In this document: piece after piece, positions 46,606 to 55,519 of the stretch
Layout: every line of letters begins with the position of its first letter
Position numbering within the stretch: the stretch's first letter is position 1
IMG/VR virus record: IMGVR_UViG_3300045934_000106
Span: 3,919 to 67,918 of that record
DNA length: 64,000 nucleotides
DNA from: a virus
Strand: one strand, 5' to 3'
Made by a program: the position numbers and the translations under genes
Notes under the pieces: generated by a model
Database searches by the model: none
What the model was told of the DNA's origin: nothing
What the model saw: the letters and a program-made list of their open reading frames with translations, nothing else

Positions 46606-48749
46606 CACTTCAACAACAGCCGGAGCAGGGGCTTCAGGTAGCTGATGATTTCCGGCGGCAGCTCTGGCTCGGTGCGGGGATCGGGAAACTCGCTCGGGGT
46701 GTAGTAGAGGACCCACGCCGAACCGTTCCAGCGATAGAGCTGGCCATCAGGCGTCGCGCCGTTCGTGGTGTTCCACTCGCCGACATCCGTCGCCCAGAAG
46801 GCGACATTGACGAGCGTCGGCGTGATGGTGTTCATCTGCGCGAAGGTGCCGACGCCGACCCCATGGCCCGACTGCGCCGCGGCGGCGCTCCCGTCGAACC
46901 CGGCGGAGGCGTGGCCGTGCGGGTAGCCGTCGTGATCGAACTTATGCGTCCCAGAGCGGACCGGGTGATTCTGATTGTGCGTCCCGCCCCACGGCAGATT
47001 GGTGTTGTTGACGCCGACTGTGTTCAACCACTGGTAGCACCCTTCGACCACCTGATCGTACGGAATGACCGGGACGTGATCGCTCTGTGCATTGTTCGCC
47101 GTGCCGGTGTAGTTCGGCCGGTGGAGGTTGAACGAGAAATTGTTCGCCGTCGGCGCCGGGTCCGCGAGGATGTCATACGTGCCTTCGATGTCCCCCTTGG
47201 TCGAGCCGAGGTGAATGTAGTCGTCCGCGTCCAACCCGTGATTGGTCCGCGTGGCCGTCACGAGGCTGTTGGTGTAGCTGTAGTTGAACGTGCGCGACGA
47301 AATCCGCGTGCCCTGACCGGCGCACGAGTTATCGAAGAGCTGATTCACGCGGTTGATCTCGACGACGAGGGGCGGATCGTTGTCCGTGAACCGGTGCGGC
47401 TCGTTCGCCTGTTCCGCGGCGAGGTCGACGGTCAGCACGCCGATCCCATCCGTGACGCCGTTATTCGACCGGATGCGCCCATGGCACATCGGCGACGCCG
47501 GGACGGTGGATCCGTTCCCGCCGTTGGAAAAGCACCCCTGGACCTTCAGCACCATGTCGACGTAGTCGTCTTCGATCCACGTCACATTGCCCGCTGTCGT
47601 GATTTCCCATTCGTGCCCGTTCGCGTGCGGTGTGATGGTGCCAATCGTGAACACTTTGAACGGATTGCCGGCGTCGTTGAGGTCCCAGATGCACTCGCCA
47701 TCGGCGGAACAGAAATGCCGCCCCTCGTGTGAGTCCCAGCGGTTCGTCTCGAACTGGCCGACGCTATCGTTGTTGGCGAGGTCCTCGTAGTCGTTCATGA
47801 ACGCGATCCAGGACCCAGAGCGGAGCTGCCCCTGGTTGCTCACGCCGACGAAGGTGTTGCCGTAGTATTCGCCGCACCGGCTGCCACGGAGACGCCCGCC
47901 GCTCTCGGTGCCGTGCGCGTTGATGTTGCCGTTCTGGACGTAGTTATACCGAAACACGTAGCTCGTGCCGCCCCACGAGTCGGTGACCGGAATGCCGCTC
48001 GTCAACGAACCCGTCTTGACGATGTAGTTCGACTCCATGAGGACGGTCGTCGTGGTCCCGCGTGGACACGGATCCGCCCACCTCTGATCGGGATAGGCAA
48101 AGCTGTTCGCGGTCGTCCCGACGTTCTGCATAAAGTCGGTGCCGGAGGTGCGCGAGAAATAGTTGTGGTCAATGAGGCCGTTCCCCGTGAACGGCTCGAA
48201 GAACTGATCCGGGTCACTGGTGGTCGTGAAGCGGATATGGTCGTACCGGAACATCCGATCATCGAGCGGATCGCCCGTGGTCTGTCCGTTGACTTGCAGC
48301 AACCCGGCGCCCGTGCCGAGGTTCGTCGCGCCATCGAGAAAGGCGACATGCGCGAGACGCGCCGTGGTGCCGGTCGCCGTCGTGATCACAAACAGCGACG
48401 ACGTGCTGCCGGCTGGGAGGTCGTTCGTGATGATCGTGGTGCACGCTGACGGGATGCCTTCGATGCCGCCCATCGTCTCGAGCGTGCAATCCTCCTCGCC
48501 CCGGACGGTGATGTCGTGGGCCTGCGGCTGCAACGTGACCTGCGCCGTCCACGAGCACGAGCCCGTCTTGATATAGACCGTGTCAATTTCGCCGGCCGAG
48601 GCTTCCGCCTCGTCGATCACTTTCTGCACGTCTCCCTCTTCGCACGAGGCCGACGTGACCGAGTCGCGCAGGGTGAGCGTCTTCAGTTCTCCGGCGGTGG
48701 TGACGATCAGAATGATGATGGATGTCGCAACGCTGGCGGCTAACTTCAT
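46605..48749 (-). CDS. beta-helix (pectate-lyase-like) tailspike/depolymerase-like protein with signal peptide
   Basis: SCEEGDVQKVID...DTVYIKTGSCSW, GLIDHNYF, YVFRYN, EYYGNTF; hydrophobic N-terminus; many Cys. Confidence 0.65.
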   Translation of the reverse strand: MKLAASVATSIIILIVTTAGELKTLTLRDSVTSASCEEGDVQKVIDEAEASAGEIDTVYIKTGSCSWTAQVTLQPQAHDITVRGEEDCTLETMGGIEGIPSACTTIITNDLPAGSTSSLFVITTATGTTARLAHVAFLDGATNLGTGAGLLQVNGQTTGDPLDDRMFRYDHIRFTTTSDPDQFFEPFTGNGLIDHNYFSRTSGTDFMQNVGTTANSFAYPDQRWADPCPRGTTTTVLMESNYIVKTGSLTSGIPVTDSWGGTSYVFRYNYVQNGNINAHGTESGGRLRGSRCGEYYGNTFVGVSNQGQLRSGSWIAFMNDYEDLANNDSVGQFETNRWDSHEGRHFCSADGECIWDLNDAGNPFKVFTIGTITPHANGHEWEITTAGNVTWIEDDYVDMVLKVQGCFSNGGNGSTVPASPMCHGRIRSNNGVTDGIGVLTVDLAAEQANEPHRFTDNDPPLVVEINRVNQLFDNSCAGQGTRISSRTFNYSYTNSLVTATRTNHGLDADDYIHLGSTKGDIEGTYDILADPAPTANNFSFNLHRPNYTGTANNAQSDHVPVIPYDQVVEGCYQWLNTVGVNNTNLPWGGTHNQNHPVRSGTHKFDHDGYPHGHASAGFDGSAAAAQSGHGVGVGTFAQMNTITPTLVNVAFWATDVGEWNTTNGATPDGQLYRWNGSAWVLYYTPSEFPDPRTEPELPPEIISYLKPLLRLLLK

Positions 48750-49576
48750 TCCCCTCCTTGGTTCCGCAAGTGCTCGAAGAACTCACCGACGTGGAGCAAC
48801 AGGCCACGTCCGGTCGACGTGGCGGTATCAGCCGCCGCGATCTCGGCCGCGAGACCGGCCGTGTTCACGCTCGACGCGGCATCGCAGACCACGCTCGTGT
48901 CGTTGTCGGTCCGGTACGAGAGCTGAAACCCGCGCGTGGGCGACGTGCCCGTGTTGTCATCCAGCTCGGTAAAGCCCGTCTCGTCGTTGAAGAGCGTGCC
49001 GGCCTGCGCGCCGCAGAACTTCACCGCCCCGTTGAACGCCGAGCTAAAGGCCGAGAGCGAAATGGTCACATTCGACGGCGTGTCTGCCGAGTTCCCATTC
49101 GACTGCACAACGGCACCCGCGCCATTCGTCCCCGTCGTGACCACGCCGGTGAACTCGATCATGTTGATCGTCACCGCGGAGGTCGTCTCACCGAAGTTGA
49201 CCGTATACGTGCCCGATCCGGGCGCCGCGTTCAGGCACCGAAAGAGCGTGACGCGGAACGTCGGCGAGGCTTCGGTGTTGAATTGCCGGGAGACGACGGG
49301 ATCCCAGGTGCACGTCAAACTGCCGTTGGACGAGGCCGTTGGCGTGGCCGGGGTGCCCGAATCGCGGGCACTCAGCACCGCCAAGAGCACGAGCGCGTTC
49401 GCGGTGGGAGACGCCGACGAGGCACTCGTGAAACTCGTGTTGTCTGCGTTGGTTTCCAGCGCACCGTTCGTGACGAGCGCCGCCGCCAGCGCGCGCCGCG
49501 CCTCGATCTGCACGACGTGCCACGGCAGCAGCGAGAGGAGCGCCAGGACGATCAGCCAGATCGGCGGTCGGCGCAT
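48746..49576 (-). CDS. Ser/Thr-rich beta protein with signal peptide, tail/surface module
   Basis: MRRPPIWLIVLALLSLLPW...; S/T/A-rich mature region. Confidence 0.65.
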   Translation of the reverse strand: MRRPPIWLIVLALLSLLPWHVVQIEARRALAAALVTNGALETNADNTSFTSASSASPTANALVLLAVLSARDSGTPATPTASSNGSLTCTWDPVVSRQFNTEASPTFRVTLFRCLNAAPGSGTYTVNFGETTSAVTINMIEFTGVVTTGTNGAGAVVQSNGNSADTPSNVTISLSAFSSAFNGAVKFCGAQAGTLFNDETGFTELDDNTGTSPTRGFQLSYRTDNDTSVVCDAASSVNTAGLAAEIAAADTATSTGRGLLLHVGEFFEHLRNQGGE

Positions 49577-50662
49577 TTACTGCTCGGTAATGACGCCGTA
49601 GATCCCCACGGCAGCATTCGTGTTATCCGTGCTCGTCGGACCGCCCGTGATGCAATAGCCCAGGCCCGTGCCGAACGCGATGCCCTTCGTCCCGAACGAG
49701 AACGCAAAGCCAGCGCCCGATGTGCTCGCCGGAATCGCGAGCGAGAAGGTGAACCCGGTCGCGGAGCTGCACGTCGGCGACGTCGCGAGGTTGTAGAACC
49801 GGATGTAATAGATCGTCGAGGTCGTGTTGACCAAATAGACGCCCATCAACCGGCCGGCTTGGTTGTTCAGCAGCGTCGCGTTGTTCGATGCCGCGCTCAC
49901 GACGGGGTTGCCCTGCGATCCGGTGTGTAGCGGATCGTCCGTCGACGTCACGACGCGCGTGGTCGTGCTATCGATGACGCCCGCGCCCGCCGAGCTCGTG
50001 CTGATGGCATTGCCCGACGCGTCATAGACGGTGACGCGCAAGCTGTTCGCCGTGGTGTTCGTGATCGCGTCACCGCCCGCGGCATCCTTCAACACGCCGT
50101 CGTAGGGCAGATCGTCGTTGACGACCTCGCTGCCGGTGGAGTCGACGAGCATCACGCGCAGCGCATCGGCGCCGGCCTGCGTGACCGCATCGCCCCCTGG
50201 CGCATCCTGCAAGACGCCGTCAAAGGACGCGGCCGCCGCGACGCTCGACGCACCGCCCGCCGGACTGCCGCGCAGGAATACCTCAACCTCGCCGGTCGAC
50301 CATCCCGACGAGATCACGCGAATCGCGTTCTTCCCCGCCGTCGGACAGTCCCAAATCCCGTTGGCAGACGATCCGGTGACGGTGACGGTCTCGTCCGGCG
50401 CGAGACAGTTCACGGTCTGATAGTTTTCGAGGTCGATCGAGACCTGAAACTCCAGCGTGCCCGTCCACGTCCCGGTCAGCTGCACGCCGACGGTCGCCCA
50501 GCCGCCGGTCGGCAAACCGATACCGCCGGTCAGTAGCTGGACGGGTTCGTCGACGGCGTCGATCGTGCCCGTCGGCACAATCTGCGCGTCGACCCGTGAC
50601 GGCGCCAGGAGAGCACCCGCCGCCAGGACGGCGCTCAGCCACCGACACATCCACATCTTCAT
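49577..50662 (-). CDS. virion-associated beta protein with signal peptide
   Basis: MKMWMCRWLSAVLAAGALLAPSRVDA|Q; VQLTGTWTGTLEFQVSID; C-terminal YIRFYN...GIAFGTGL. Confidence 0.7.
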   Translation of the reverse strand: MKMWMCRWLSAVLAAGALLAPSRVDAQIVPTGTIDAVDEPVQLLTGGIGLPTGGWATVGVQLTGTWTGTLEFQVSIDLENYQTVNCLAPDETVTVTGSSANGIWDCPTAGKNAIRVISSGWSTGEVEVFLRGSPAGGASSVAAAASFDGVLQDAPGGDAVTQAGADALRVMLVDSTGSEVVNDDLPYDGVLKDAAGGDAITNTTANSLRVTVYDASGNAISTSSAGAGVIDSTTTRVVTSTDDPLHTGSQGNPVVSAASNNATLLNNQAGRLMGVYLVNTTSTIYYIRFYNLATSPTCSSATGFTFSLAIPASTSGAGFAFSFGTKGIAFGTGLGYCITGGPTSTDNTNAAVGIYGVITEQ

Positions 50663-50902
50663 TGCTCTCTCGCCTTTTTGGCCCGGCTTCGGAGCAGGTG
50701 AATCTCGACGCACGGCGGGTGGATCAACTCAATCCCTGCCCCGCCGTACGCCGTGGGTGCTTACGCTTCCTTCGCCCAGGTGCCGACGATGAACTCGATG
50801 CGCCAGGCCGAGGTCCTCGAGGAAGCGCGCCAGCGGTTCGTTGGTGAGATAGGACATTCAGGATCTCCCTTTGTCGAAAATGAGTCACACGGACTCGGTT
50901 GC

Positions 50903-51286
50903 TTACGTGGCCACCGTGTAGGTGTGACCGACCGCAAGACCGACCACGAGCCACTTGTAGGTGGTGTCGGCCGTGCGAATACACGTCGCCCGGATGAGCG
51001 CGCCGATCTTCTGGCCAGAGGTCGATGCCGCGAGCGAGTTCGCCGCCGCATCGTTGAACGTGACGACGTCGCCCGCTGTCGCGCCGGCCACGACGATGTT
51101 CTGATCGGCCACGCCGAGGAACTCGTAGCGGTCGCCGAGGTAGCTGATGTTCGGGGTCGGCAACGTGAACGTCACCGATCCGGAGGCGCCGCGGTTGGTA
51201 AAGAGCGTGCCGCTGCGATCGGCCATGCGGGTCACGCTGTAGGCGGCCGTCTTGTCGACGACACGCTGTTTCGGAACGAGTGGCAT
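50903..51286 (-). CDS. capsid decoration/cement protein
   Basis: KTAAYSVT...DRSGTLFTNRGASGSVTFTLP motif; close to the capsid gene. Confidence 0.65.
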   Translation of the reverse strand: MPLVPKQRVVDKTAAYSVTRMADRSGTLFTNRGASGSVTFTLPTPNISYLGDRYEFLGVADQNIVVAGATAGDVVTFNDAAANSLAASTSGQKIGALIRATCIRTADTTYKWLVVGLAVGHTYTVAT

Positions 51287-51301
51287 TGAGGATCTCCCCC
51301 T

Positions 51302-51778
51302 TTACGCGGTCGGCATGCCGGCGTTCGAGATCCGCGAGCCCGCCAGCCGTTCCAGCGGGTCATACGCGTCGACCGCAATGTCTCGATACAGCCCTCGGCG
51401 GCGGCGCCGTCGCGACTCGTGCGCCCACGCCTCTTCGTACTCGAGTTCGTCCGAGAGCTTCGCCGCCCCTCGCACGAACAGGTCTTCGCCTTCCTCACGC
51501 AACTCGCGGAGGATGTTCCACGGCCGCGTCAACCATTGCCAATGCACGATCGACACGTGGATGTAGCCGTCCCGCGCCTGGATATGCAGATCGGAGTGAT
51601 CGCCGAGGCCCGCGTTGCACGCCGGCACGCGCCGCGCGCGCCGCTCGAGCACGTAGTAGCCGTCGCGCTCCGCGCTCTTGCGCAGCCGCAGCGCGGGGTC
51701 GGCCAGGGCGAGGTACTCCGGCACATGCGCGGCCCACGGGTCGAGCCGCAGATGTGGAGGCACCGGGACATGGATCAT
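51302..51778 (-). CDS. hypothetical protein
   Basis: GGAGG RBS; 158-aa ORF in the head operon. Confidence 0.7.
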   Translation of the reverse strand: MIHVPVPPHLRLDPWAAHVPEYLALADPALRLRKSAERDGYYVLERRARRVPACNAGLGDHSDLHIQARDGYIHVSIVHWQWLTRPWNILRELREEGEDLFVRGAAKLSDELEYEEAWAHESRRRRRRGLYRDIAVDAYDPLERLAGSRISNAGMPTA

Positions 51779-51786
51779 CGGGTCGC

Positions 51787-52467
51787 TTACCTCCGACGGC
51801 TCGTGCGACGGATTTCGTCCGGCGTGGGGGCGCTATGCACCGTCAGGTCCGCCTCCTGCGGTTTCTCCCAGCCTGCCGCTTCGTTGCGCGCGAATTCGGC
51901 TTTAGCGTCACTGCCCTCGACCGGTGCGAGCGCCGCTGCAACGGCGTTGTCACTGCCGATCACCTGCTGCTGCGGCTTGGCGATGCCACCGCTCGGCGCC
52001 AGGCCGAGACCAGGCAACCCGCGGGCGAGATCGCCCGTGCGGCGGATCTGCACGTCGCGATCGACCGGCGAGAGCCCTTCACGGTTGAGGCCCTCCGACT
52101 TCCCGGCATACCGATCGAGAAAGTCTTCGTCGAACGGCACACACTGATCGTCCGGGTCGACGCCGCGAATGCCGATCCAGCTCACGAACTGCGGGACCGA
52201 GGCGTCATACGGGTTCGGGTTGCGCGTGCCGGGCACGATCAACCGCTTCTGGAGGTGCTGCGCCGTCGCGTACGAGACCTGGAAGACCGCGCTGGGCGGC
52301 ACCACGTACGGATCGGCGTTGTGCATGTCCCGCAGCTCGAACGGCCCGCGGTTGATACAAAACACGGGCGTCTCCGGCGAGAGTTCCTGCTTCTGCTTGT
52401 GCGCCGGCAGCAACGTGATGACCTGCGAGAGGTCGATGTCCGTCGGCGGCGTATAGGTGCGTGCCAT
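51787..52467 (-). CDS. hypothetical protein
   Basis: GAGGAG RBS before MARTYT. Confidence 0.7.
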   Translation of the reverse strand: MARTYTPPTDIDLSQVITLLPAHKQKQELSPETPVFCINRGPFELRDMHNADPYVVPPSAVFQVSYATAQHLQKRLIVPGTRNPNPYDASVPQFVSWIGIRGVDPDDQCVPFDEDFLDRYAGKSEGLNREGLSPVDRDVQIRRTGDLARGLPGLGLAPSGGIAKPQQQVIGSDNAVAAALAPVEGSDAKAEFARNEAAGWEKPQEADLTVHSAPTPDEIRRTSRRR

Positions 52468-52500
52468 GGGTCGAAAGCTCCTCACTGCCGCGTGCCACGA

Positions 52501-52530
52501 GCGCGGGTGATGGTGATGCATCACCCGCGC
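52501..52530 (-). terminator. perfect 12-bp hairpin downstream of the capsid gene (stabiliser/attenuator)
   Basis: GCGCGGGTGATG / CATCACCCGCGC; no U-tract. Confidence 0.5.
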
Positions 52531-52565
52531 TATACGCGGCTCCGCGTGCTCTGGTCAGACGGGGC

Positions 52566-53909
52566 TTAGGCCGCCTTCACCGCGAGCTGGTTGACGTCGA
52601 TCCCTTCCCCGCGCGCGTTCACGTTCGGACGCTGGCAGTGGAAGTTGTCCTGAATGAGGTAGTAAGCGGTGAACTCGTCGTACTCCGCCACCCACTTCAG
52701 GACGTGACCCTCATCGGCCGCCCACTCGCCTTCGTTCTCGACGTAGCGGGTCCACGAGGCTTTGTTGATGCCGAAGAGCATGCGATAGGGCGCATCGCGG
52801 TCCACGAAGAGCGGGATGTCGCCGTAGGTGATGGCGCGGCCCGCGGGCTTCTTGGCCGCGACGGTGCCGCCGTCCGGACGCGAGAGATCCGCGCCCGTGT
52901 AGCGCCGGTCGGCCTCGAGCAACGTCAGATAGGCGCGGCGGACGGCATGCTCACACGCGAACATGTCGAACTGCTTGCCCGTCTTGATGTTGACCGCATC
53001 GACCATCTGCTGGATGGCGTCCAGCGAGAGCGCGCCGATGCTGGTGGCGACGTAGGCGTTGAGAATGGGATAGGTCGTGCGGCTCAACCCGTGGTAGGTC
53101 GCGACGTAGGTGCCGTCGTCGATCCCCGCGAGCAAGCCTTCCGGCTCCTGGTTGAGCGAGGTCTGCGTGGCCGACTGCGCGATGACGATCTTCGCGTTGT
53201 CGTCGCAGGTGATCGCTGTGTCGACCGTCACGGACGTCAGGGCGGTGGCGACCGCGGTAACGGTGGCGGTGCCCTGAATGTTGTTCGACGAGTCGAGGAA
53301 CGCGAGGAACATGCCCGACGTCGCGTCGCCGTCGATGAAGCGCGCGCCGCCGGCCGAGCCCGCCACGTTGGCCGGGGAGTCGACTTCAATGGTGGTGTCG
53401 GCGGTCTGCGCGCCGTTGACCAGCGCGAGAATGCCCGACCCATAGCCCCACACGACGCGATTGCGATGGAACGCCATCGCCTCGGTGAGCGCTTCCATTT
53501 CCGCCGGGATGACCTGCTGCCAAGACCCCTTCTTGTTGCGCGACTGTGCGATGACGTTCCGCTCGAACCCGACGCGCCCATACGTGTTGCGCATCGGAAC
53601 TTCGAAGTTCTCGTACACCGAACGGCCGGCCTGCGGCAGACGGCCGCGATTCGGGATCGAGCCAATCGACCGGTTGCGGCCGATCATGATCGGGACCACC
53701 TTCTGGCGGCCGACCCATGAATCGTCCTTGACCTCTGACTCCATCCACTTCGTCATGAGGTTCTCTTCGTTCACTTGGCTGTGGATCACGGGACCGTAGT
53801 CGTCTTTGAACAACGGATCCCACTGCGTGGTGTCGGACCCCGGCATCCACTGACGGTCATGCAGGCCGTCGAATCGAAGGTCCGAGCACGCGTGAAAACT
53901 GAATTTCAT
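52566..53909 (-). CDS. major capsid protein
   Basis: LFKDDYGPVIHSQVN...GRNRSIG...LPQAG, WGYGSGILA, EPEGLLAGID, C-terminal RPNVNAR; follows the scaffold; AGGAG RBS. Confidence 0.8.
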   Translation of the reverse strand: MKFSFHACSDLRFDGLHDRQWMPGSDTTQWDPLFKDDYGPVIHSQVNEENLMTKWMESEVKDDSWVGRQKVVPIMIGRNRSIGSIPNRGRLPQAGRSVYENFEVPMRNTYGRVGFERNVIAQSRNKKGSWQQVIPAEMEALTEAMAFHRNRVVWGYGSGILALVNGAQTADTTIEVDSPANVAGSAGGARFIDGDATSGMFLAFLDSSNNIQGTATVTAVATALTSVTVDTAITCDDNAKIVIAQSATQTSLNQEPEGLLAGIDDGTYVATYHGLSRTTYPILNAYVATSIGALSLDAIQQMVDAVNIKTGKQFDMFACEHAVRRAYLTLLEADRRYTGADLSRPDGGTVAAKKPAGRAITYGDIPLFVDRDAPYRMLFGINKASWTRYVENEGEWAADEGHVLKWVAEYDEFTAYYLIQDNFHCQRPNVNARGEGIDVNQLAVKAA

Positions 53910-53928
53910 TCGCGAGACTCCTGCCCCC

Positions 53929-54990
53929 CTAGCCGATCTGGCGAATGCGGCGCGACACGTCCGCGACCGTGCGTTCTTTCGTCGCACGGGCGGGCGTGGG
54001 CGCACCGGGACCGCCAGCCTGATGCCGGGGGAGCGATTGATTGCGTTGGGCCATACGCTGCGCAGCAGCTCCGGCGGCAATGCGTTGCGTGGTCGGGTTC
54101 ACACCCGCCTTCTTCAGGTAGTGCTTGATGGTGGCGTTCGGATCGAGGGTCTTCCCGTTCATCCGGGCGTAGTGGTAGCTGCCCTTGACACTGTCGAGAA
54201 ACAGGTCGCGGATGTTCGGGTCCTTGATCTGCTTGGCGGCAGCGTCGATGCCCGCCGCCCAGCGTGATTCGATCGCGGACTGGCGATCGCGCTGCACGCC
54301 ACCTTCAAGCGAATCGATCCGTTTCAACGCCCGTTGGTGATCCGCGAGCATGGTGCGAAGCTGGCCCCGAAGTTGATGGACCGTGCGCGCCTGCTCGAGG
54401 AAGTACTTGCCGGATTCGTCCGCTGTGTTCCAGGGGACCTGTTCGTTGAACGGCTCGTCCTGCTGCGGGACTGCCGGGCGACGTGTCGTGGCGGGGGTGC
54501 CGCCGTCCTCGTCATCCGCGTCGTCGCGCCCCTCGATGAGGAGGCGCCGCAACCTGGCATTGTTCTGGAGACGCTGTTGAAGCGCCTGATATTGACTGGC
54601 CGCGTGCATCAGACCGTCGAGATCGACGCCCTTCAATCGCGCGTTCACGGCGACGTTCTTGGCAACCTTGCGCTTCAGGCGTCTGTTGTCCTTCAGCAGC
54701 TTGCGAAACGTCTTTTCGTCGAGCGGGCGTGTGTCGTCGTCGTCGTCGTCGTCCCTGCCTGCGACAAGGTCTACGTCGTCGTCCTCGCCCTCTCCCTCGG
54801 ATCCGGCGTGACGCTCAGCGGCGTCATCGCCTGCCTCACCGAGGGCAGGGTCGTCGGTGCCGTCGTCCAATCCGGGCTCATAGCCGGGATCGCCTGCGTC
54901 GGCGCCTTCTCCGCCAGCGCCGGCCGCGCCATCTTCTGGAGCCAGAAGGGGCATGGCGACCGTGCTGCGGAACATGCGAAAGAGGTGCAT
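53929..54990 (-). CDS. capsid scaffolding protein
   Basis: Very acidic N-terminus then coiled coils; lies between portal and capsid genes. Confidence 0.7.
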   Translation of the reverse strand: MHLFRMFRSTVAMPLLAPEDGAAGAGGEGADAGDPGYEPGLDDGTDDPALGEAGDDAAERHAGSEGEGEDDDVDLVAGRDDDDDDDTRPLDEKTFRKLLKDNRRLKRKVAKNVAVNARLKGVDLDGLMHAASQYQALQQRLQNNARLRRLLIEGRDDADDEDGGTPATTRRPAVPQQDEPFNEQVPWNTADESGKYFLEQARTVHQLRGQLRTMLADHQRALKRIDSLEGGVQRDRQSAIESRWAAGIDAAAKQIKDPNIRDLFLDSVKGSYHYARMNGKTLDPNATIKHYLKKAGVNPTTQRIAAGAAAQRMAQRNQSLPRHQAGGPGAPTPARATKERTVADVSRRIRQIG

Positions 54991-55019
54991 GGTCTGCTCT
55001 CCTCGAAAATGAGCGGGCA

Positions 55020-55515
55020 AATGAAAAGGGCGGAACACCGACGCAGCGCTTGCGGCGCTGTCGCGTCAGGTCCCGCCCTCGGAACTCACCCGCCCTTGTT
55101 GATCGCTGAACAGCGTGCGGTGGGCTACCGCAGGCCCGTCGGCCTGTGCTGTTCAGACGTGCCGTGACGCGCGTACCGCGTCACTCTTGGTTGCGGGTCG
55201 CTGAGTCGAACAGCGCTGTGAGAGGTAATGAGCCTCTCTAGGACCCACGCCCACCCGCGACAACTCTTGTCGTTCTTCAGCGTGCACGAAGCACGGTCAA
55301 ACCGCCCATACCCCCGTCAGGTTGTGCGACCGGGCCCGTCGTCCGCTGGCACCGTCGACCGACGGTGGAGACGCCCTCCGCAGATAACAGCCCGGTCGGC
55401 ACCTTGTGCACGATCGCGAGAAGGACCCCGGTCCACCGAGCGGACGGCCGGGCCAATTCGAACGTCGCGAGCTGGGGTGTGACAGCTCTGCACCCGGGTC
55501 CGAGATCCTTCACGT
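55020..55515 (-). ncRNA. candidate large structured RNA between portal and scaffold
   Basis: No credible ORF; many nested perfect stems (see findings). Confidence 0.5.
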
Positions 55516-55519
55516 GACC

